From Adineta vaga (lineage: Eukaryota > Animalia > Rotifera), in NCBI GenBank assembly GCA_021613535.1, contig CP075497.1, forward strand, positions 11,842,001 to 11,906,000: a stretch of 64,000 bases of DNA, read 5' to 3'. Both the position numbers and the translations under genes were made by a program. Each line of letters starts with the position of its first letter. The first letter of the stretch is position 1. Shown one piece after another: positions 13,869-24,978 of the stretch. The notes beneath the pieces were generated by a model that was not told where the DNA came from, made no database searches, and saw only the letters and a list, made by a program, of their open reading frames with translations.

Positions 13869-14567
13869 TCATTTTCTTCCCGATCGTGCACGATAGTTTT
13901 GAAACCAAATACGAATCGATGATAATGGTAAGAATAATTGTGACGCAAGTTGTTCTTGTTCATACGGAGTTGGATAACGATTTGTGGAATATGCATTACG
14001 AAGATGCCAGATTTGCCAATCAGTTAATTTTCGTCGTCCCTATAGATCAATATAAATCAATCAATTATGTTTATTCATTTCCATTCGACATACTTTTTTG
14101 TCATTCGTCGATACTGTGGTTGATTGATGATCGATAATTGATGCTGAAGAGTTCAATGAACTGTAGCCGGTATCATCTAAATGGATGAATGAAAATGTTA
14201 AAGATTTGATCGAGAGATGTTCGAAAAAAAGAATCTTAAATTTTACTCACGAAATTGATCGAAATTGTTTTCTTTATTAAGAATGTAACTTACCTTGTTT
14301 TTGAAGGAAAAGAGGAGAAGAAGAAGAAGTATTCAATGAAGAAATTGCTAATGATTCAATCGAATGAAAATTCACCCGTGCTTTGTATGTTTGATGTGGT
14401 GTACTTGTAATGATTTGATTGATTTTTCGAAATGAAGAACTACAAATACAAAACGATGAAATAGTTTTCTTGTTTGAATTTGACAACAAAAAATGAAAGT
14501 CTTACTTTGGACTTAAATTACATATATCAATATCCGATGAATTTGAAACGTCAATAGAATAATTCAT
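13869..14567 (-). CDS. Small divergent homeobox protein, 4 exons, 153 aa
   Basis: Exons 14567-14506, 14439-14294, 14176-14094 and 14039-13869 join in frame via GT-AG introns. The last exon reads GRRKLTDWQIWHLRNAYSTNRYPTPYEQEQLASQLFLPLSSIRIWFQNYRARSGRK*. Confidence 0.88.
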
Positions 14568-15186
14568 TTTTACAATGTATGAATGAAATTGATAAATTCA
14601 TATGAATATATATATATATCATACATAATCATTTAGATATGCTATACGAAGTAATCAATCAATTAACGATGTAAATCAATTATAATCAATTGAATAGCTT
14701 GATGAGGATGATGATGACGTGAGTTATTTATTTCTATTTCAAGTGGATTAGAGAATGCTTTTCAATTTACACATTAGGAAAAGCCATTTTCCCCTGAGAC
14801 ATGAGATTAGATGATTTAAACATTAATCGAATTGAGTTTTCGACTAATTGATGAAATCGTTTCGATTCGTTTTGAAAGTATGAATTCAAGGTGACACGTA
14901 TTTGTTGATAATGACAGCGATAAGTTCCCTGCGTGATGTTGTTTTTCGGTGATCATTATATCGATTTCGTTCTTCAATAGTTTCGTTTCTTTTTCTTTTC
15001 TTCTTGAATGCCAATATAATAATCCGTATGTCAAGTGGAGGCGAGTGACTGACTATTTTATTTCGCGTAATGTAAAAATAACAAGATCAATAAAAATTTC
15101 GGTGTATATATATATACTTGTAAAATGAAGAGAAACCTTAGTAATAGTTTATTAACAGTTGTGATTTTTTCGAAGTCACACGCGAA

Positions 15187-15991
15187 ATGGGTTCGATGAA
15201 ATCTAAAACAACAAATACAACACGATTGAATAATGATGATGATGATGATGATATTCATTCGTCAAAATTAATTCATTCCCATTCAATTTTATCATCATGT
15301 GGAAGTTTTCGAAAGAACGAGAATTATTTTCGCACGTCGAGAAATAAACGACGAGTTTGTTCGAAAAAGAAAGTTTTGATATTGGGTTTGGATCGAAGTG
15401 GAAAAACCGATTTATTTCATCGATTGTTATCTTATAACAAACCATCATTGAAAATTGAATCATTTCCGCAACCAACCATGGGTAAGTTGAGAATTATTTT
15501 ATGATGATTGTTCTATGATATGATTTATTTCTCAAGGTTATAATGTTGAAACAATTGGAGTTCGTTGTCGTCATTTAAGTCATCGTCGATATCATAAAAT
15601 TACTTTATGGGATTGTGGTGGTCATTCAGCTGTTCGATCTCTATGGTCATATCATTATTCAAATACGTCTCTTCTTCTTTGGTTAATTAATATTCATGAT
15701 CGAAATCGTTTGGATCTAAATCTTCAAATACTTTCACAAGTTCTTACTAATTCTTTACTTTCTCAAGTTCCTGTTCTGATTGTATTATATAATTCATCTT
15801 TTAATCAATATGAAGAGAATGAAAATCTTCTAACAAATCTTGAAGTTGCTTTTCGTTTTCTTGCAACTCTATCGACATCACGTGCAAGTTCATTTAAATG
15901 GCAAGTGATTAATGTGACATTGAATGAAATCGATTCTCAAACAGATCTTAAAAAGATTCAACAATCTTTTCGAGAACTGATGGAATTATAG
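15187..15991 (+). CDS. Atypical ARF-like small GTPase, 2 exons (intron 15482-15536)
   Basis: MGS N-terminus, G1 'ILGLDRSGKT', G2 'PTMG|YNVET' and G3 'LWDCGGH..VRSLWSYHY'. No recognisable NKxD. Confidence 0.8.
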
Positions 15992-16276
15992 AAAGAAGCA
16001 AATGTTATATTTTTATTTTATTCGATAAAGAAAAGTCATTGATTATAATACATCTTCTTCTTTTCAGGATTCTATTGCGAAGGTTATATAGACATGCCAG
16101 TCAGAAGGAAATATGTTTCTGTGACAAAGATGATAGACGTCAATGTTACATTTGTTGTCTTTTTATGACAGTGCCCTTTAGATAAACTAATTGATGATAT
16201 GACATACTGATATTCTCTGAATAAGAATATATTTCCTTTAGTTAACCTAGAATCCTTTTACATTTGTTCTTTGACG

Positions 16277-17664
16277 ATGTTAATAATGGATTCTTTGGTT
16301 GTTGTTTTATTCTTATGTATTGGATTTGTTCATTTTAATGATGGACAAATAATGCATAAAATACAAGATAAAATTAAGAAAGTTGCCTCGCAAAATTTAG
16401 GTATGGATGTTGGTCGATATGATCATGAAGAAATGATGTTATTTCCCAATGTTGGTTTTCAACGAAAAGAAGGAGATTGGCGTTTAAATTTACATGGTTG
16501 GCGTTTTCAAACATCGAAGAAGAACAAATTTCTCGGTAAATCTTCTTCAGCTATGGCACAACGTATTGCTCGTTTGGTTGCAAGTTCAGAACAAGTTGTT
16601 TATTATAATGATACATTTCAACGTGATCGATTAAAACCATTTATGGTTCAAGATGAAACAAATGAAAAAATTCATATTATGATTGGATCAAAACATAATT
16701 ATACAACGAAAACAGATAATGAAGGACAATTTCGAACATCATTTATTATTCCTAATGCAGATGTACAACAAATGAAGAAAACTCTGAAAAATGATCAAGT
16801 GATTACATATAAAGCTATTGGAGATAATGCGGATATTTGGGAAGGAAAAATTCATTTATTGGAAAGAAATGGTTTATCTATCATTTCGGATATTGATGAT
16901 ACGATTAAAATTAGTGAAGTTTTAGATAAGATTCGATTAGTAGCCAATACATTTATTCATGGATTTCGTGTTGTTGAAGGTAAAATGAATGATTTTGTTT
17001 CATTATGTATTTATTGAATAATAGGCATGCCGGAAGTCTATCGTGGATGGAAAAATAAACACAATTGTTCATTTCATTATCTCAGTGCAATGCCTGATCA
17101 ATTATATACAATTACGAAAGATTTTGTTGATGAACAAAACTTTCCTGATGGAACTTTTCATATGCGGTAAGAACAATTTCTATGTTATGGTTGTACTATT
17201 TTGAGATTTTGTAGACATTTTCGTTGGGCTTCAACATCAATTTATAATTTTGTTCATTCTGTTGGTAAGTTCCATTTTTTTATTTTCGAAAGAAATTCGT
17301 TTGGAAATGATTTTGTTGTTTAGACACAAAAATGCATAAAATCAATCATTTACGTTATTTTGTTTTCAATACTTTACGTTCGTTGGTATTAGTTGGAGAT
17401 TCGGGTGAACGTGATCCAGAAATTTATGGAAATGTTGCACGAATGTATCCAAAACGAGTTCGTCGCATCTTTATTCGAGCTGTTAAAGATGAAAAAGATG
17501 ATGATGATCGATTTCTCAAAGCATTCAAAGATGTTCCAAGAGAAAAATGGTTGATTTTCCGTGATCCTGTTCGAGATTTACCCAAAGATTTAGATATTAT
17601 CCCCACTGCACCACCACCAAAATTCAAAACACCAGCAAAGAAACCTAAATCAAGCCCGAAATAA
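16277..17664 (+). CDS. Secreted App1-family (DUF2183) phosphatidate-phosphatase-like HAD protein, multi-exon
   Basis: Hydrophobic N-terminus, 'IISDIDDTIK' (DxDxT), 'FHYLSAMP', 'FPDGTFH' and 'LVGDSGERDPEIY'. Confidence 0.85.
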
Positions 17665-17903
17665 ACTCTTTTTCTTCTTCTTCTTCTTCTTATTGAAAAA
17701 AAATACACCTAATGACTTTTGAAAAAAATATACACGCTATGCTATGAAACTAAATATTTCTATATAATTGTCTGATAAGTGCGCCATCTATTGTCATGAT
17801 TTCATTCGATTTGAATTCTTCACCAATCGATGCAGTAACAAAGTACGATGTGATATCATATTTATCTAATTGAAATTTGGATGATTATTAGTCAGTAACA
17901 GTA

Positions 17904-19628
17904 ATGATTACGAAAAATTTTTCCGGTGCTCTTCAATTAAGTGATCTAGATGATTTTATTGGTCCTTCACAGGTATTTGTTTCGCTTGTTTTCGATATTC
18001 TTAAAGAATTCATATTTAGCAATGTATAATACCGATGCAAACAAAGATTGCGGATAATCCAGATGATGGTTTGATTAAATTACGTACAAAAAAAGCGAAT
18101 GTAAAACAAGAATCTTCTTTTCTATCGGTTTTTATGTTGATTTTTTTATAGAAAACTGAAGAAGAATCAACACCGAAAGTCGCAAAAATAACATTGAATG
18201 ATTGTTTAGCATGTAGTGGATGTATTACATCTGCTGAAAGTATTCTTATTGATCAACAAGATTATCGCGAAGCACAACGTGTTCTTAAACTTAATCAATC
18301 ACTTGATCAACATGTAAAAAAATAAACTTCATTTTAACTTGGATCAATCTTTTGATTTATTTAGGATCCGGATAGAAAACAAAGTGTAGTATCAATTTCA
18401 CCACAAAGTCTTTCATCATTGGCTGTGAAATATAAACTAGATGGATTAACTTGTGCACGACGGATTACATCATTTTTAAAAATAAAGTATTGTTATTCAA
18501 TTCGTTTTGTATTGTTTATAAATGTTGGTTTTATAGATTAGGAATTGATTATGTTTATGATATTGCATATGCACGAAATTTTGCGTTAATTGAAATTAAG
18601 AATGAATTTCTTAATAGATTTCGAAATAATCGTCAAAATCTTCCTTTTCTTACTTCGGAATGTCCAGGTTGGATTTGTTATGCTGAAAAAACTCAAGGAG
18701 AATATATTATTCCATATATCAGTCGAGTAAAATCTCCACAACAAATTCTTGGTTCATTAGTAAAGAAAGATCCAAATCAAAATATTTATCATATATCAAT
18801 TCAACCGTGTTATGATAAAAAGCTTGAAGCATCAAGACAAGATTTTTACAATGAACAGAAACAACAATATGATATTGACTGTGTCATCTCGACAGGTAAG
18901 ATTTCAGTAGAGTTTAAGATCATATGATTGTTTTTTTTTCAGGAGAATTTGAAAAATGGTTGACGGAAGAACAGTTTGATTGTCAATGTACATCGGAACT
19001 TAATTATGATAAACCGTTAGTTGAATAACTGTTTGTTTGTTTGTTTGTTTTATTCTTTCGCATTTGTTATGAATAGATACTCAATGAACGATGAAAATGC
19101 TCAGATGATTCTTACACATCGTGGTAGTGGATCAGGTGGTTATCTTGATTATGTTTTTCGTTCAGCTGCAAAAGACTTATTTAATATTGATCTTGACGAT
19201 AAACCATTAGAATTTAAAATAGCACGGTGTGTATTCTTTCAGTGTTATATGAAATTAATCATATATCTTTTTCTAGAAATCAAGATTTTCGTGAAACAAC
19301 ATTAACAATCGATGGACAGGTTCAGCTTCGTTTTGCTTATGCATATGGTTTTCGAAATATCCAAAATATTGTTCAAAAACTCAAACGAAACAAATGCGAA
19401 TATGATTTTGTTGAAATTATGGCATGTCCATCGGGTTGTGTCAATGGTGGTGGACAGATTCGTAGTGCAGATGTGACTCTTGATGATGTTCGACATACAT
19501 ACGAATCATTACCTCATCTAAATCAACCATTAGATTTGCGAATTGATGAAGAAAATTCCATTTCGTTACATACTAGTTATCGAGCGATTGAAAAATCTTT
19601 GTCGAATGCTTTTAATTTGAAATGGTAA
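17904..19628 (+). CDS. CIAO3: Cytosolic Fe-S assembly component 3 (NARFL/IOP1/Nar1), multi-exon
   Basis: '[18 protein letters not shown]', '[17 protein letters not shown]', '[12 protein letters not shown]', '[11 protein letters not shown]', 'YGFRNIQN', '[15 protein letters not shown]' and the terminal Trp ('FNLKW'). Confidence 0.95.
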
Positions 19629-19653
19629 TTTTGTTTATTGATTTCAGATAAAT

Positions 19654-21202
19654 ATGTCGACGGATATTTTTACGACGAATCAATCAGAAATCTATGATGA
19701 TGACGATGAAGAAATACAATTGATGGATACAGACGAAACAAATCTGAATTTAGAAGAACAACAATTATTAGAACCAACGACAGATGTGGTGGAGAAACCA
19801 AAAGAAGAAGAAGAAGAAAAAAGAGAAATACCATCGTTACTCGTCATTGAAGTTTGTTAAATTATATAATCATAGAATTTACTTATTGATTTCTTTTAGA
19901 AATTGAAAGTTTATATTCGAGATGGACCGGATAGTCATCATGTTGACACAATTCTGGCAGTATATATTTCAAACTTTCTTCTTTCTAGAGCACTAATATT
20001 GTTTATTTCATTTAGAATGATAAATATTATGAATTACCAACAAAAGATGAATTAGCATTGATTGAATTAACAGAAGAAAAAGCAAATGAGATTTGGCAAA
20101 GGTAGAAAATCAATCTCATTTTCTCTTTTCATTGAATATTTTTATCTTCTAGTTTAAATTTAACTGCCGATGATTTTCGAACATCATTAATACCTGGTGG
20201 AAATTCTCGTCCTGAATCTCTGTACGTTCGTGGTGTAACAAATATGAGTACACAAGAAATTTTCAATTGTTTTGAGGAATTTAAACCGATTGGTATCGAA
20301 TGGATTAGTGATCATTCTTGTAATGTTTTCTGGCATGATTCCTTGACTCCCTTACAACTTCTTTCAATAAAATCTGTACCAGGTCCGTGCATTTCACATC
20401 GACGTCCAGTTAATTATGATCATGCCATGCGATTATCTAAACGAAAAGCATCGGAAATGACAGATAGCGAAACAAATTCAATTGATATTGCACTCCCACC
20501 TGGTCATTGGCGAGAAGGAAACTTTCCATTACTTAACAAACCAGAATCAACAATTAAATTCTATCTTCGATATACAACATTAGATGATCGAAAAGCACGT
20601 GGAGCTGAAAATCATTCTGAATATTATCGACAATATGGAAATCCTAATTATGAGTAAGAAAGAAATTTCTCTAAATTTTGTTATAAAGAATCTCTTTTAT
20701 TTAGTAATATGACTGGACTTATATCTCGAACAAGAAAACGTGCATTAAATGCAATGAAAACGAATCGTTTTCGAAATTTTACTGTTGTTAAATCAAGTGA
20801 TCCAACATCTGTGTCGAGTAGTATCGTTGAAGAAGTACCAATCGCGACTGAAGATAATACAACAGACGCAAAAGTGAAATTTACTGTGGTGCTTCCACCG
20901 AAAAAAGGTTCGCCGAGTAAAGAAGAAGAAGAAGAAGAAGATCATCGATCAAAACGACAACGACGACGATCATGGAATGATGATCATGATAATCAAAGAC
21001 GAAGAGATAAAACACATTTTACGGTAACAATGGATGCGCCTTCTAAACATGGAAGAAGTCGATCAAATAGAACGTAAGAAATGATTTGAATAAAAATCGA
21101 TCGAAAATTTTTGTGTTTTATTTTAGTTATGATGATGAAGATTCAACACCAGTTATTGATGCGAGAGAAATCTTGGAAAGAAAACGACGTCAGCGCAAAT
21201 AA
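19654..21202 (+). CDS. NCBP3: Nuclear cap-binding protein subunit 3-like, multi-exon
   Basis: Acidic N-terminus, RRM-like 'RPESLYVRGVTNMSTQEIF...IEWISDHSCNVFW' and 'LRY.T.DDRK...SEYYRQYGNPNY'. Confidence 0.85.
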
Positions 21203-21754
21203 TTTCTCAATTAGTTTATTTGTTTGTTTTCTTGTATTATAATCAAAAAGATCGAAGTGTATTCAATGTTGATTACATTCAAATTTTTTGTTCTTTTTTT
21301 TGTCGTTTTCATGTGATTTGAACTTTAATCGACATGTGCACAAAAATATATTGAAAAATATCTGTAAATGAAAAACATTGACAGAAGAGTGTGTATGAAT
21401 GTTACTGAATAGACAATACCGTCGCCCATACTCTCAGAGTGGGCAAAAAACGTATGCAAGATTGGGAATGTTCGGTTTCAACTGTGAACCAGGCTGACTC
21501 TAGTGATATCTTTCATTCTCGTTATCATTGATCCGGGATTGGTGGGAAATAGTCCGATTTCTAGATTGGCCTCTCTTCTTATATCTCTACACAAAGAACA
21601 GGAACTAAAGAAAAGGAATCAAATCGATTTGATAGTATATTATTACCTTACTTCAGAAAAACCATGTTGTTTGCTACTTTCTGTTATTTTTATTTAGATA
21701 TTGTTCTATCGAGTCATTTCTTCATTTCGCATTTGAAATTTAATTTGGTTGTAG

Positions 21755-22542
21755 AAAACAAAATATGATATCGTAAGAACCGAATATTAAAATTGAAATC
21801 GTGATCAGTTTTATTAAATGCTCAATTTTCTTTCAGAACTTTTATCTTAATCAATAGCAAATGAACAAACAGATCTTGATACATTTTCAATGTCGATTAG
21901 TTCAATGAATGAACAACAATTGAAAGAGGAACTTACAAAAGTATATAAATTAGTTCAATAAAAATTATCAAAAATTTTGTGAATCTTTTTAGTTCTCCAT
22001 CCAACTTTCAAAACAACCGCAGTGATGGGCAACTCCGCGGGTAACCAACTCCAACTCCACTCTAACTCGGAGTTGCCCATCATTGTGTTCAAACGCCAAA
22101 TCCCGATATGGTTTGTCAAATCACAATCATTGGAGTACTGATAGTTATTTTATTTCATTCTAATAATGTTTTGAATTTTCTCTTTCTAGACTCGATTAAA
22201 TCAATTAGATAAATATGAAGACAATTCAACATCAATGGTGAGTAGTATTGAATTTATGTCATCTTTAAAGCTTAAGAAGTCCCATAATCAATTGTAACTT
22301 GTATATTTTATTTGTAGAATAATCAAGTGTCAAATGGTCATTTATGTGCTGGTAACTGGTGGAGAGGTAAGTGTTAAATAAATTAGTTTTGTCGTTAAGC
22401 ATTAGAAAATAGATGAGATTTTTGTTAATTGGCGTGTTTTGTTTCTTTCTGTCATCAACTAAATGAAGATGCGTCTAAACATTTCTTCGAATGTGTTTTT
22501 AGTTGTTGTCTTTTCATTTCAGGAAAGATTTTTTCATGCTGA
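21755..22542 (+). pseudogene. Small multi-exon gene or remnant ending in a Cys-bounded peptide (CAGNWWRGKIFSC*)
   Basis: Putative exons 21755-21772, 21837-21940, 22190-22237, 22318-22366 and 22523-22542 have GT-AG borders and compatible phases. Exon 2 is 1 nt short of frame, and no start was identified. Confidence 0.35.
22020..22085. mobile_element. 66-bp palindromic mini-element with hAT-like terminal inverted repeats
   Basis: CAGTGATGGGCAACTCCG (22020-22037) pairs with CGGAGTTGCCCATCATTG (22068-22085) at 17/18 positions. No clear 8-bp target-site duplication. Confidence 0.6.
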
Positions 22543-23172
22543 TGAAAATTTAGAGACAAGATCGGAAAGAATCAATGGAACAAATAGAGCACACATTTTC
22601 CCAATCTTTATTGTTGAAATTCTGTCATCAAAATCGTATACTCGTATTTGATGTCATTCTGGTGAAAAAACATGATAGATTCAAAAAATTTAACTAGTGG
22701 AATGATAGAAGCTGAAATAAAATAAATCACATAATGATAATGTTTTTCTTTGAAATAGGTTTCTCCATTTTCAAAGATTATCAATTGGCTGAATAGATCT
22801 GTCCATGGCAAAGCAGAATAAACTGTTATAAGAAAATTGTATGTCTAGATAAAATAAAATCTAAAACATTCATTCCCTCACAAGATATAGTTTTCTTTTT
22901 AAAAATCTTTATTTTAGAAAAAGAAATACCTAAAATCTATAAATGCGTTACAAGATTTATTAAAATATGCACGATATTCATCACCATAAAGCTCACGCAC
23001 ATCAAAAAATGAAATCATTGAACAGAACTCGTATAAAAAATAGAATTTCATATCGTATGAGAAAGAGAATAAAATGTATACGAGAAATTTTTATTCACTT
23101 ATCTAACTAATCTATAAACACTAAAGCACACAAATTAAAGACGAATTTTTTTTCTTTGTTTATTTCTTTCTT

Positions 23173-24978
23173 TTAATAACGATAACTTGAATAATTTCCA
23201 TATCGACCAACTAAATTCGTAACTCCAAGATATCTCAAAGGTAATACATGTTCCATATCACTATCACTATCATATTTTGAAGAACTATAAGCTGAAGTAC
23301 TCAATGGTAATTCATAGCTATTCGTATATGTTGTACGAGTACGAGTTGGAAGACGTGATGAAACATCGAGATGACGTGTTCGATAACCTAAAGAATATTA
23401 AAAGAATGAAGTGAATAGATAGACGAATTTGTTTATCGTACTCGAACTAGTATAGGATGGTCGAGATCTTGCTAATTCACTTTCTGCAGATCGTAAACGT
23501 GTTTGAGTTTCTTCCAGTTGATTTCTTAATTTCGCACAAAGTGATAATGCTGCTTCGGTAATCACCTGTTGAGGAATAAGTTGATTATTTTTACATGCAG
23601 CAATGGTTTCTTCAGTTACACGTGAAAAATCAATTTGATTAAGTAATTCTTCTCGTTCCGTATTACTCAATTGTGTTGATTTTTCTAAATATGATATCAG
23701 AATTACAAAGTGACAAACAGTAAAAGAGAAATTTACCATTTTTAAGAATATCATCAAGTGCAAGTAAAAGACTATCGTGTGAACTACGTTGCTCTTTTGG
23801 TATACATGTTGCTAATTTAACAAATTGTTCACTGGTTAATGTACCACGTTGACGAAGTTGTTCAACATAAGAGTCAATCAGTATTGATAACTAAAACATG
23901 AACTTTGAAAATAAAATCTTACTGCTTTCAAATGAATTACTTTTGCTAATAATTGTGGATCTTTTGAATGTTCATCTTTATGTTTACTAACACGTTCTAA
24001 TAATCTTGTCATAACATCATCAGATATATTTTCCATATTGTCTTCTAAATCCGAGGAATTTAAAATTGCTTGAGTAATAAATGATGATAAAGTTGATTCA
24101 CATTCACATTTTAATTCCACAGCTTTTTCATAAGCAGCATTATGCCATGTTAAAGGTAATTGTTCTAATGTAGTACCCAATTCTTTAACAATTTCATCAA
24201 GTATTGCTCGTTTTTCGTCGTTAGTTTTACTTGGTGTATCTTCTTTTCGTGCGACCGGTGTAAAAGCACTTTGATGTTCACTTTCATTTTCTGTGGTTGT
24301 TGTTGTTGTTGTTGTGGTAGTGTTGGTTGGAGGTGATGTATGAGTTGAAGTTTGATCGAGAACATTTGCAGCTATGTAATGTTTAGCAAATGGAAGAATG
24401 GCATTTTTATTTTCTTTTGGACATAATTTAATTAATTCGATTATCCAATCAAGTGGTAAACGACTAATTATTTCACGATCAGATTTTGTTAATTGTGGTC
24501 CTGCTCCGAATGACAAAGATTCAATAATAACTTCTAAACATTTATCAACAATATGTGCTTGTTTCGCCCATTGTTGATATTGACCAACACATTGTTCAAG
24601 TAAAACTAATGGAATTCCTAAATCATATTTGATACGTGCAACGGAAAGTATTTTATCGAAACGTTCATCAAGTAATGCGCCTAGTGTATCACATTCGATA
24701 AAACAAGCTGCAGAACGAAGTGGAACAATATTTTTATGATCAATTGATATTGGAATGGAATAAAAATAATCCGCTAGTTGATTGAAAACATCTACGCCGC
24801 CGGGAAAGTCCTTTAATTGAACGACATACGGTGCGGAGCTTGTTGATGCTGCAACTGCTTTTTTAAAATAATCACTTTTAGTGAATAATGGAAATGTATG
24901 AAGTTTAAATTCCGTTAAATCGACAACGACAGTTATGTCAGATAATTCACCAGTACGACGAAACTTTTCGAAATTCAT
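23173..24978 (-). CDS. BTB/POZ + NPH3-domain protein (plant NPH3/RPT2-like, NRL family), 4 coding exons
   Basis: BTB 'SDITVVVD..EFKLHTFPLFTKS...LKDFPGG..VFNQLADYFY...NIVPLRSAACFIEC'. NPH3-like 'LIDSYVEQL...LTSEQFVKLATCIPKEQRSSHDSLLLALDDILK...LSNTEREELLNQIDFSRVT', followed by a short coiled coil. Confidence 0.8.

Noticed and set aside
13886-14137. Plus-strand 83-aa ORF
   Set aside because: It is an antisense shadow of the homeobox exons. Many other short track ORFs (e.g. 10623, 17424, 19302, 57117, 62574) are likewise antisense or off-frame shadows.
21465-21790. RNase P RNA, suggested by GGGAATGTTCGGTT being able to pair with AACCGAATAT at ~21778
   Set aside because: No convincing P1/P2 or CR-II to CR-IV elements, and the second half lies in a putative intron of another gene model.
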